From: a virus
Taxonomy: Duplodnaviria > Caudoviricetes
Direction: 5' to 3' (one strand)
IMG/VR virus record: IMGVR_UViG_3300017987_005501
Length of the DNA: 64,000 bases
Part shown: positions 48,647 to 57,372 of the stretch, piece by piece
Layout of the letters: each line of letters starts with the position of its first letter
Position numbering within the stretch: the first letter of the stretch is position 1
Program-made: the position numbers and the translations under genes
The notes under the pieces: model-generated
Database searches by the model: none
What the model saw: only the letters and a program-made list of their open reading frames with translations
What the model was told of the DNA's origin: nothing

Positions 48647-49411
48647 ATGAAATTTTTAAATTGCCTCGGGCTTTCCGATATAAAATTTGTTGAAAAAAAC
48701 GATCGTTCCGCAAAATGCAAGCAATCAAAAGAAGAAATTAAAAGGGGGGAACCTGTTTGGATTCTAACTTCATATAGGCAACCCCAGAAATTTAAAAGAT
48801 CACACATTCAGGTTCCCGTAGCAAAAAAAGTAAAGATTGAATACGCCTTTCATAGGTTTCTTCTGCCGCATAAACAATTTTATAAAATTTTAGTAAGCAA
48901 AGCTGATGTCGCGAAAAGTAAGTCCTTAAATGATATGGTTATTATCCAGATGCAGGAATGGATTACAAAATCTTTAAAATATCTTAAAAAATTGCTCCCT
49001 GCAACACACAAACATATACTGGAGCAATTGGTATATAAATTAGAAGAAAAATCCGAGGTGGAAAGTGCTTCTCAAGAAAATGAAACAAGTAATCAAAAAC
49101 ATGTAGGATTACAAAGCATTTTTTCGCCAAGCTCTTTATCCCGAAAGAACCAGAAAAAGTTTAAGGATTTTAATCTACGTAGTATAATTTTCTTGTTACG
49201 TTATTTTGGAAAAAATTGGGATTTTGCGAGTTGCTTTACCTTGGAGCGAGCGGACCTCAGAAAACTTGCAAAGTTCCTTCAAGAAGTAGATCTAACGAAA
49301 CCCTTAGAAAATTTGGAAACGGAGATAGAAATTTGGTATAAAGAAAATCTTAAGCCTGAAAAGGTTGTTTATAAAAGTAGTTATAGTGATGGCGAACTTG
49401 ACGAAGTATAG
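48647..49411 (+). CDS. Hypothetical protein
   Basis: 254 aa; TAGGAG stop/RBS coupling. Confidence 0.7.
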   Translation: MKFLNCLGLSDIKFVEKNDRSAKCKQSKEEIKRGEPVWILTSYRQPQKFKRSHIQVPVAKKVKIEYAFHRFLLPHKQFYKILVSKADVAKSKSLNDMVIIQMQEWITKSLKYLKKLLPATHKHILEQLVYKLEEKSEVESASQENETSNQKHVGLQSIFSPSSLSRKNQKKFKDFNLRSIIFLLRYFGKNWDFASCFTLERADLRKLAKFLQEVDLTKPLENLETEIEIWYKENLKPEKVVYKSSYSDGELDEV

Positions 49412-49420
49412 GAGATAAAA

Positions 49421-49975
49421 ATGGAATTAAAAAGGTACCCCAACCCAGTTTTAGGCGAAGAGGCTAAAGAAGTTACCTCCTTTAACCTAGATCTAGAGGA
49501 AAAAGTTGAAGAGATGTTTGAAATCCTTGAAAAACAAGGAGGAGTAGGGCTTGCTGCAACACAGGTTGGCCTTTTAGAGTCTTTTTTCGTTATAAAATTA
49601 AATGAAAAGAAATATACTTTTATTAACCCTATTATAGAAGAAGCCAGCGGGGAACAACGCTTTCTTGAAGGTTGTTTGAGTTTTCCGGGGGTTATGTTCG
49701 AAGTAACCCGGCCTGCTCGTCTAAAAATGAAATATCAGGACCTAGAGGGGGACGAACAAACTCTAGATACTGAAAAGGAAAATATCCTTGCCCAAATTAT
49801 TCAGCACGAGCTAGACCACTTATATGGCCGTACCTTCATTGAATATATGACCGAGCTTGATCGAAATAAGAATAAGAAATCTTTTCGCCTCCTAGAGAAA
49901 CTTTATAAAAAGGAGGAAAGACAGAAAAGGTTAAAGAATAAACCAAAAGTTAAAGTTAAAGTTAAAAAACACTAG
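49421..49975 (+). CDS. def: Peptide deformylase
   Basis: GVGLAATQVG, EGCLS and QHELDHL motifs; basic C-terminal tail. Confidence 0.95.
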   Translation: MELKRYPNPVLGEEAKEVTSFNLDLEEKVEEMFEILEKQGGVGLAATQVGLLESFFVIKLNEKKYTFINPIIEEASGEQRFLEGCLSFPGVMFEVTRPARLKMKYQDLEGDEQTLDTEKENILAQIIQHELDHLYGRTFIEYMTELDRNKNKKSFRLLEKLYKKEERQKRLKNKPKVKVKVKKH

Positions 49976-49989
49976 AAAAAGAGGATAAA

Positions 49990-50592
49990 ATGGGATCGCT
50001 CTTAGCACAACCGACGCTCGTTCTAAATAAGTCCTGGATCGCAATTGCGACGACTACTGTTAGGTCCGTAATTACCATGGTCTTTAGCGGTTCTGCTATG
50101 ATAGTTAACCCCGATACTTATCAGGTTTATAGTTTTAACGAATGGAAAGATTTTTCCGTTGAAAACCTTGATAATAAAAAAGTTTTACAGGGCGTTGACT
50201 TCAAATTAGTAGTACCCGAGGTAGTGTTACTAAAAAAATATAATAAAATCCCTAAAACTCACCTTCCCTTTACGCGTAAAAATTTATACGCGAGGGATAA
50301 CTACATGTGTCAGTATTGCGGGGCAACCCCTGGGGCAAAAGAGCTTACAATCGACCATGTTTTTCCCAGATCCCGCGGAGGTGAAACTTCTTGGGAAAAT
50401 TGCGTTCTAAGTTGTGTCGGCTGCAATATGAAAAAAGGGGATAGGACTCCGAGAGAACTTGGGTGGAGATTTAAGACGAAGCCCGTTCAACCAAAATGGA
50501 GCCCAGCCTTTAAGGTTAAAGAAATTAAGGTACTAAGTAGTTGGCAAAAATTCATAGATGCTGCTTATTGGAATATTGAGCTTGAAGAATAG
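49990..50592 (+). CDS. HNH endonuclease (McrA-like)
   Basis: RDNYMCQYCG...LTIDHVFPRSRGGETSWENCVLSCVGCNMKKG. Confidence 0.92.
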   Translation: MGSLLAQPTLVLNKSWIAIATTTVRSVITMVFSGSAMIVNPDTYQVYSFNEWKDFSVENLDNKKVLQGVDFKLVVPEVVLLKKYNKIPKTHLPFTRKNLYARDNYMCQYCGATPGAKELTIDHVFPRSRGGETSWENCVLSCVGCNMKKGDRTPRELGWRFKTKPVQPKWSPAFKVKEIKVLSSWQKFIDAAYWNIELEE

Positions 50593-50600
50593 GAGAAACC

Positions 50601-51152
50601 ATGGAAAAAGATAATGCTTTTCTTATAGACCAAGGGGTTTGGTCTGATTACCCCCAACTAGAAAAGCAAGGATACGTTAAGGTTTTTACGGTAGTTGGAG
50701 ATAACCTTCCCCAGAAAATGGAGAAGGTTGTTTCTATTCCCTATAAAACTGGCTTCGTAATTAATGAAAACGTATCCTTGGCCTCCGAATCTTATCATGA
50801 ACGGGCAATTTGGGTGCCGCGGCAAAAGGCAACAAAGTTTTATAAAACAGATTTTTATAAATTAGTAGAGATACAACACCCGGAATCCTCCGTTTATATT
50901 ACAAGAGGCCTCCAGATTTTAACTAATTTCGGGGTAAAATGGGAACCTCTTGAAGCGATTTACGAACATCGGTTCTATAAAATTCAGCTAAAAGAGGAAA
51001 AGCTTAATTTAATGTTCAACAAACAGTTTAAGTCCCTTACGATCTGGAACCAAGAAAAGAAAGACCAACTCGATGACGTAAAAATCGAATTAGATGATTC
51101 TTGGGAAAAGAGACTAAAAACAGTAATTGAAAACCTCTTGGCAGGGAAATGA
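50601..51152 (+). CDS. Hypothetical protein
   Basis: 183 aa; TAGGAG coupling. Confidence 0.7.
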   Translation: MEKDNAFLIDQGVWSDYPQLEKQGYVKVFTVVGDNLPQKMEKVVSIPYKTGFVINENVSLASESYHERAIWVPRQKATKFYKTDFYKLVEIQHPESSVYITRGLQILTNFGVKWEPLEAIYEHRFYKIQLKEEKLNLMFNKQFKSLTIWNQEKKDQLDDVKIELDDSWEKRLKTVIENLLAGK

Positions 51153-51469
51153 AGTTAAAACTTTTTAATAATATTAGATTAAGCTCTACTACAGAAAGTA
51201 ATAAAGTATTAATCTTTAGATATGAATGCCCAGTGTGTTACACAAAAGATTATTATTTGTGTTTAGATCCAGGGGGTATTGTTCTTTGTTTTAATTGTGG
51301 CGAGACCCTCTACGTTCGAGAAATGCTCGAATGCACTGATCCTGATTTATGTAAAAGAATTATAGAATTAGATGTTGGAGAAATTAGGGAAACAACTGAA
51401 AATGCAGAATTTACTGCAAAATTAGAAAAAGAGTTGTTGAAGGATCTTAAACAAAAATATGAAAATTAA
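51149..51469 (+). CDS. Zinc-ribbon protein
   Basis: CPVC...CFNCG; ATGA overlap. Confidence 0.7.
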   Translation: MKLKLFNNIRLSSTTESNKVLIFRYECPVCYTKDYYLCLDPGGIVLCFNCGETLYVREMLECTDPDLCKRIIELDVGEIRETTENAEFTAKLEKELLKDLKQKYEN

Positions 51470-51480
51470 GATTTAGACCA

Positions 51481-51912
51481 ATGCCAAAAAAGAAAACGGA
51501 AGAAACGCCGCTTGACGTTTTTAAAGATCAGTTTGAAGCACAAGTTAATTATAAGAGCATTGTCGATTCAAAATTTAAAGCAGTTACAGACACGGGGATT
51601 GTAAGGATAACTGCGAAAAGCGGGGTTGTTTGGGTGCTTGTTTTTAGTGAATTAGATAATATTATACCTAAACTAATCCTACCATATAATTCTATCCTAG
51701 CAATTATCCCTACAGAAGATGAGGCAGAAATTCCAGCAGCCGTAGAAGATTTTGGTTTAGCAGATTTAAATGTTAAAGCCGAGGTTATAACCGAAGATTC
51801 TAAAAGAAAAGAATTAGATTTAGAATCTAAGTTAAAAATTGGAACGGATTCGATTGGTGATATTGATCTGGACCCTCCTTCTTCAAAAATCGACTCTGAA
51901 ACCCAATTTTAA
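51481..51912 (+). CDS. Acidic hypothetical protein with Sm/Hfq-like strand pattern
   Basis: 143 aa; IVRITAKSG...LILPYNSILAI pattern; the fold call is weak. Confidence 0.55.
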   Translation: MPKKKTEETPLDVFKDQFEAQVNYKSIVDSKFKAVTDTGIVRITAKSGVVWVLVFSELDNIIPKLILPYNSILAIIPTEDEAEIPAAVEDFGLADLNVKAEVITEDSKRKELDLESKLKIGTDSIGDIDLDPPSSKIDSETQF

Positions 51913-51927
51913 ACTTAATGAGGCAGC

Positions 51928-52674
51928 ATGAAAAAGAAGTTTGATCCGTTTGAAAAGTTTGGGTTGTACTACAAACCCTCAAAAATAGAATTTTTAACTT
52001 ATTATCAAGACGATCTTTATAGAATAACGTTAAATCTTTTAAGCAAAAGAAATCTTAAGCTCGATTCGGATAAGGTCGAGGATTTTATACAAGAGTTAAA
52101 TCTTAAGATAGCATTTCGGAAAGAGCCTGGCAATAAACCCTCAAGGTTAGAACGTTACGACCCTTTTAGGAATATAAAGAAAAAATTTAAGGTTAAGTCT
52201 CCTAGCCTTTTTACATCATTAACAGGCGAAGAATTTGCTCGTTGTATTAGTTTTAAAACTTACCTGTATACAATCGTGAAAAACTACGTCGCCAATAAGG
52301 CAAAACAAGAAGCATCGAACAAGAAAAAGAATGGGGTTTCTCTCAATAGTAATCCCGATGACCCACAACTCTTTATCGTCAGTAACAGCGTTGAGAATTA
52401 TGCAAGCGAAGAAAAACGAGAAAAAATTCAATCTTATCTCAGTGAATTTGAAAGTTATCTCGTAAAGCAATGTACCCACCAGAAAAAACAGATATCACTT
52501 CTAACTGTTTGGAAATGTATTAAACATAGTTCTAGAAATAGAGAGATAGTTGAAATGTTACAAGAAATGTACCCCAAGGTTAAGATCAAAAATACGATGG
52601 TTACCAGGTATTTGCGCAAAATTAGGGATCATGCACAAAGATTTCGGCATTTAGTCGGGTCTTTAGAACTTTAA
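51928..52674 (+). CDS. Divergent sigma-70/ECF-like factor 1
   Basis: KVEDFIQELNLKI...RYDP...FKTYLYTIVKNYVANK resembles region 2; C-terminal HTH-like segment. Confidence 0.6.
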   Translation: MKKKFDPFEKFGLYYKPSKIEFLTYYQDDLYRITLNLLSKRNLKLDSDKVEDFIQELNLKIAFRKEPGNKPSRLERYDPFRNIKKKFKVKSPSLFTSLTGEEFARCISFKTYLYTIVKNYVANKAKQEASNKKKNGVSLNSNPDDPQLFIVSNSVENYASEEKREKIQSYLSEFESYLVKQCTHQKKQISLLTVWKCIKHSSRNREIVEMLQEMYPKVKIKNTMVTRYLRKIRDHAQRFRHLVGSLEL

Positions 52675-52811
52675 TACCTACTAAAAATCCAATAAAGTTT
52701 TAAGGAAAAAAGATATTTTTTCCCGTAGTAAATCTTAATTTCGCTATAAGATAGTTATAGCAAGCAAGGTTAGCCCATCTTATCATCTATTTTATATAGG
52801 AGATTTTTGCG

Positions 52812-53552
52812 ATGACGAAAGAAAACACCACCAAGTGCCCAGAAGACGTTTACGAAAGTTACCTCAGCTTTAATGAAGCTCTCGAATATAAAGAGAGATT
52901 TATCGAACTGTTTCGCATTGGAAGGCTTCATCAATTAGCCCAAAAAATTCTCAGTGGAAGAAAACGGAAACTTGGTGGAAAGCTTACCGGGGATCTTAGC
53001 GCCGACCGGGTTGTTCAAGATCTTGCTGTTGAGTTCCTCCGCCCCGTTAAAGGTCAAGGGATTGAAAAGAAATCGGATCTTCATAGGTTCCGTCTATATA
53101 ATCCTGGGAAAGGAACAAAGTTCGAGACTTATATCTATCAATGCATGAGTAACTTGGTAATTACACTAATTGATAAGTATAACCGGAATCCCGAGCCCGT
53201 AAGCTACGATAATATAATTGGAAGCGAAAACGAAGAAAACCCTTTCCTTAATATTATTGCAGTAGAGAATCTTGATCTTGATCCTTCCCTCGTAGAGTCA
53301 GCGATTAGGGAGTTCCAAAAAACTATAGAAGATAAGCTCGAAAAGTTTGTTTTTGAGAAGCTCCTTGAGGGTCTTGGAAAAACTAAAAAGGGAATCCCGA
53401 AGGAATTTAAGCCAAAGGATTTCTGTCAAAAAGCAGAAGAAGCCGGAAGGATTAAAAATGGGAAAAGGATGTACACCCGGATTCTTAAATGTCGTAGAGA
53501 GCTCCTAGAAAAGTTTAAGGAGTTCCTTGAGAAAAGCGATCTTTTCGTTTAA
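52812..53552 (+). CDS. Divergent sigma-70/ECF-like factor 2
   Basis: ADRVVQDLAVEFL...YNPGKGTKFETYIYQCMSNLVI resembles region 2; C-terminal helical HTH-like segment. Confidence 0.65.
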   Translation: MTKENTTKCPEDVYESYLSFNEALEYKERFIELFRIGRLHQLAQKILSGRKRKLGGKLTGDLSADRVVQDLAVEFLRPVKGQGIEKKSDLHRFRLYNPGKGTKFETYIYQCMSNLVITLIDKYNRNPEPVSYDNIIGSENEENPFLNIIAVENLDLDPSLVESAIREFQKTIEDKLEKFVFEKLLEGLGKTKKGIPKEFKPKDFCQKAEEAGRIKNGKRMYTRILKCRRELLEKFKEFLEKSDLFV

Positions 53553-53564
53553 GAGGAAAGAGCT

Positions 53565-53594
53565 AAAAACCCCAACGAATGTTGGGGTTTTTTT
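53565..53594 (+). terminator. Intrinsic terminator
   Basis: aaaaaccccaac-gaat-gttggggttttttt. Confidence 0.85.
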
Positions 53595-53601
53595 ATCGAA
53601 A

Positions 53602-53631
53602 TTGAACTGCTTAATTGGTACTATATATAAT
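53602..53631 (+). promoter_or_regulatory. Sigma70-like promoter upstream of queE
   Basis: TTGAAC-N18-TATAAT; a similar TTGAAC-N19-TATACT lies at 15128-15158 before tmRNA. Confidence 0.45.
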
Positions 53632-53661
53632 TCAAAGAAAAATTAAAGGAGAGTCCTTACT

Positions 53662-54414
53662 ATGCCAAAAACATTAATAGAACAAAAGCCAGATTTTTCC
53701 AAAAAAGTTGATGGGGAATCCAAATTAGGAATCGCCGAAATGTTTTCTGATACCCTCCAAGGGGAAGGAACCCATACAGGCGTCCCAGCTACTTTTATTC
53801 GGTTGCAAGGGTGCACGCTAAAATGCAAATGGTGCGACACCATAGATGTCTGGCCACACGGAAACGAATATTCCTTTGAAGAGATCTTTAAATTGTTCGA
53901 TTCCATAAACTTGTCAGAAAGATTAAAAGAGGGGCAGCATTTAGTTTTTACTGGGGGAAGCCCCCTTAAACAGCAGGATCGGCTATATGCCTTTGTTCAG
54001 GATTTTATTGGTCGCTATGGATTCAAACCTTATATTGAAATTGAAAACGAAGGGGTCATACTAGCAGAAGAAAAATTTATCAAGTTGGTAGACTGCTGGA
54101 ACAATAGCCCGAAATTAGCAAATTCTGGGATGAAGGAAAAGGCAAGGCTTAAACCAGAAGTTATTAAACAATTAAATGGGTTTGAGAATTCGTGGTTTAA
54201 ATTCGTTATTTCGGATGAATCCGATTGGGAAGAAATTGAGAAAGACTTCTTACCCCTAATTGATAAAGAGAAGGTCATTCTAATGCCCGAGGGAATAACC
54301 CAAGAAGAATTAAACCCCAGAAGAGAGTTTGTTGCGGGCATGGCAATTAAGCATGGGGTTAGGTTTTCTGATCGTCTCCACGTTACAATCTGGAACAAAA
54401 AAACTGGCGTGTAA
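53662..54414 (+). CDS. queE: 7-carboxy-7-deazaguanine synthase (radical SAM)
   Basis: EMFSDTLQGEG..TGVPATFIRLQGCTLKCKWCDT; HLVFTGG.P; RFSDRLH..IW. Confidence 0.9.
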   Translation: MPKTLIEQKPDFSKKVDGESKLGIAEMFSDTLQGEGTHTGVPATFIRLQGCTLKCKWCDTIDVWPHGNEYSFEEIFKLFDSINLSERLKEGQHLVFTGGSPLKQQDRLYAFVQDFIGRYGFKPYIEIENEGVILAEEKFIKLVDCWNNSPKLANSGMKEKARLKPEVIKQLNGFENSWFKFVISDESDWEEIEKDFLPLIDKEKVILMPEGITQEELNPRREFVAGMAIKHGVRFSDRLHVTIWNKKTGV

Positions 54415-54440
54415 AAATTAAACTTGTTTAGGAGCTTAGG

Positions 54441-55076
54441 ATGAATGTACAAAGTAGTAGCCAAGATGGGGCACAGAGGCACCAACGCTTGAACGAGCTT
54501 TTTACGCTTGTTATGCGCCAACAAAAATTAAAGGAATCGGAACAAAAAGAGTTGGAAGAAATTTTTAAGTTTTGCCAGCATATGGATTATAAGAAAGGCA
54601 ACTCTAAATGTAAGCATTGTTGGGGGAAGGGATATATAATTGAATCGGTAGACGCAAATAAATTAGAAAAGCCTTGTTTTTGTGTAAGAAAATATTACCA
54701 AAAGAAAGGAAGCCCTGACCATATTTACCTTAACCAGTATGAGTATGAAATTATAGAAAACTCAATTAAGTATTATAAAGATAATAACAAACTTGATAAA
54801 ATGATCGATCCCGAAACACAAGAAGATATTGTTCAGTCCGATTATAGGGTTGTTTCTCAAGACGACAGTAAGGTTGAGATCCAGTTTAGGTTAGAGAAAA
54901 AAGAAGGCAATTTCGCTGAAGATGAAGAAAAAACCTTTATTAATCGACCTATCCGAAATAAGGAGGGGGAGAAAATTGGGTTTATTAATGCGGCTCAAAG
55001 GATGGCCGATAAAATGATTCTCGCTAGTGCCCTAATTGAGAAAGAGCACTACGAAGATGCGTCGCAAGAGTCTTAG
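54441..55076 (+). CDS. Hypothetical protein with zinc-binding motif
   Basis: CKHCWGKG...PCFC. Confidence 0.65.
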   Translation: MNVQSSSQDGAQRHQRLNELFTLVMRQQKLKESEQKELEEIFKFCQHMDYKKGNSKCKHCWGKGYIIESVDANKLEKPCFCVRKYYQKKGSPDHIYLNQYEYEIIENSIKYYKDNNKLDKMIDPETQEDIVQSDYRVVSQDDSKVEIQFRLEKKEGNFAEDEEKTFINRPIRNKEGEKIGFINAAQRMADKMILASALIEKEHYEDASQES

Positions 55077-56949
55077 AATCCATTGTATTTAAGCAGCACC
55101 TTCTTAAGAGGGTTGCTGCTTTTTTCATGCTTATTGCTTTTTCCTCGTCTTCTTGGGCCTTTCCTAATCTTTTAAGAGCTGCTATAATCATCTCTTTATG
55201 GTCGCCAAACTTAAAAGATAATTCCCCAACTTTTTTAAGGGGGACCCATTCTACCGTCTCAACCTCTTCCGGCTGAGGGGTAAGTTCCGGAAATTGATTG
55301 GAGGAGTTTGCACGTACGAAACCAACATATGCTGTAGTTCCAATGAATCTAGGGTCGGACTTCAACCTGTCCTTTGCTGATTTAGGGCCTAGCGACGTTG
55401 CTAGCCACTGAACTTTGCTTGGATCCAAACCTGTTTCTTCTCCCAATTCCCTTTCTGCTGCTTGTTTAGAGCTTTCGGAGTTTCCTCCGGGCAGAGGATC
55501 GATCATCCCTCCCGGGAGTGCCCAGGCATTACTTCCTTTTCGCTGAATTAACAAAATATGAGTAACGTTTTGGCCAGTAATTCCAAAAATAATACTATCC
55601 GCAGCAAAAGATTCAAAGGATAATCCAGTAGGGCCTTCTGCGTCCTCGCTAAACCTAGAGACTGTATACTCAATACCGTCTTTTGGTCGGCCTAATTTTT
55701 GTAAATAATAAACCCTATTAAACTTCTGAGGAAATTCTTTGTTATTATATTCCTCGATTCTATCTATAGGATACCCAACGTCGTTTTCTTTTGCTAGGAA
55801 CTTAACTCCAGCGTCGTCTTCGTTTGCAACTAAGGTAATAAGGTAATCATCAGAATTGGGGAGGCTTTTAACCTCCTTCATGATTCCATGATAAGCTTGT
55901 ACATTCCCCTCTAGCCCCCGAACACGTTGTTTTTTGATTTCGTCTGTATCGCTTTCAACTGTTGTTCCGATATCAGAATCTATCATTACAGTATCTGTTT
56001 TTGTAGAAACTTCTGGCCTAGGTATCTTCTGGGTTTTTTCTGAAGATATAAGATTATCATAAAAAGCTCTTAGTTGAAGATCATCTCTCTCGGAAAGTTT
56101 TTTAGAGTATTTTTCAACCAAAGCAGAAGCTTCCCTTTCACTGCCCGTCTGAATTGCTTCCTTAACCTCTTTCTTCGCCTCTTCCAGAGTAATTCCTTTT
56201 TCAATAGGGGGTAATTTCTTTTCTAGTTTCCCAAGCATCTCAAAAAGGCGTGGGGCCTCAGTCCGCTCTTTCGCTTTCTCTAAAAGGTTTCTAACCTTCT
56301 TGGGAGATTCCTTTTTATAAAAGTAGGCAACTGCAAAGTAATAGAGTTCAGTTGCATTTAGTCCGTGATATAATTTATCGCTAAACACACCCCTCTTTGC
56401 CTTTTCTCTTAATTTTTCAAGAAGCGCATCCGGGTCTTTTTTAACATCGCCAAGGGTAATTTTCTCTGGCCTAGGTTTTTTTGACGCCGCCTCTTCTGGC
56501 CGAGGTTCTGCAATCTCCTCCAGTTGAGGTTCCGCAGGTTTAGGAGCCTCTGGCTTCCCTGCTTCTTGTTTAATACTTTTAAATAGGTCTTCCCTATTCC
56601 TAACCCAGGATTTAACTTGTTTGATATAAGGCTTTATTTTAGCATAGTCCGCGGGGCTAAGAACAATTGAAAGCTGTCTATCTTTTTGAAAAAGAATAAA
56701 GGAGATAGTTTCTTCCTGTTCCCGTTGAACTCTTTTTAACTGGGCTTCATTGCCTTTCCAAGTCGTTTGCCCGGTAGGAGCAAACTTTTCCATAATATTA
56801 AGAGCTATAAAATAGGGTATATCTTTTTTTAATTGTAAAGGAGCCCCATTACGAATATCCGTAACAACTATATCTTTATCTGGGATTAAGGCAGCATAAG
56901 CCAATGCTGCTATCTTCTTATTGGGGCTAGAAAAGTCTAGTTTGAACAT
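55024..56949 (-). CDS. Large protein with C-terminal Nudix hydrolase domain
   Basis: AADSIIF...ILLIQRK...WALPGGMID...ESSKQAAERELGEETGL; ~450-aa unrecognised N-terminal region. Confidence 0.8.
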   Translation of the reverse strand: MFKLDFSSPNKKIAALAYAALIPDKDIVVTDIRNGAPLQLKKDIPYFIALNIMEKFAPTGQTTWKGNEAQLKRVQREQEETISFILFQKDRQLSIVLSPADYAKIKPYIKQVKSWVRNREDLFKSIKQEAGKPEAPKPAEPQLEEIAEPRPEEAASKKPRPEKITLGDVKKDPDALLEKLREKAKRGVFSDKLYHGLNATELYYFAVAYFYKKESPKKVRNLLEKAKERTEAPRLFEMLGKLEKKLPPIEKGITLEEAKKEVKEAIQTGSEREASALVEKYSKKLSERDDLQLRAFYDNLISSEKTQKIPRPEVSTKTDTVMIDSDIGTTVESDTDEIKKQRVRGLEGNVQAYHGIMKEVKSLPNSDDYLITLVANEDDAGVKFLAKENDVGYPIDRIEEYNNKEFPQKFNRVYYLQKLGRPKDGIEYTVSRFSEDAEGPTGLSFESFAADSIIFGITGQNVTHILLIQRKGSNAWALPGGMIDPLPGGNSESSKQAAERELGEETGLDPSKVQWLATSLGPKSAKDRLKSDPRFIGTTAYVGFVRANSSNQFPELTPQPEEVETVEWVPLKKVGELSFKFGDHKEMIIAALKRLGKAQEDEEKAISMKKAATLLRRCCLNTMDSKTLATHLRSALSQLGH

Positions 56950-57057
56950 AAAGTTTACCTGGGTAAGTTTTTTTACACACTAATGTATAATATTCTAATT
57001 ATATATCTATCTTTAATAGAAATAGATAATTTCAAAATTTCTCTCTTTTAAAGAAAA

Positions 57058-57324
57058 ATGAAGCATAAAAATAGACTTTTAAGAATCGCATACACCTTGA
57101 ACACAGCAGCAGACAGTCTAGAGCAGCTAACGGAGAAGCTTTCATCTGCCAGGAAAGAGTTAAAGCAGATTATGAAAGAAAAGGGTATAAAACTCCCCGT
57201 CGAGACTAAACACACCAAAAAAGGATCATACCTAAAAGTTTCTTATTTCGAAGAAAAGCCAGACCTCCCGAACGAACTAAATAAAATCGAAATTCGATTT
57301 GCCAAGAAGAAAAAATCTCAATAA
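57058..57324 (+). CDS. Hypothetical protein with shared N-terminal motif
   Basis: MKHKNRLLRIAYTL. Confidence 0.65.
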   Translation: MKHKNRLLRIAYTLNTAADSLEQLTEKLSSARKELKQIMKEKGIKLPVETKHTKKGSYLKVSYFEEKPDLPNELNKIEIRFAKKKKSQ

Positions 57325-57372
57325 CTAATTCGGTATAATAGGAAAAGAGTTATCTATATTTATGGGGTTTCC

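Noticed and set aside
48647-48800. PARP-type zinc-finger resemblance (RSAKCKQSKEEIKRGE)
   Set aside because: The second Cys is absent and no downstream His/Cys pair is evident; too weak to call
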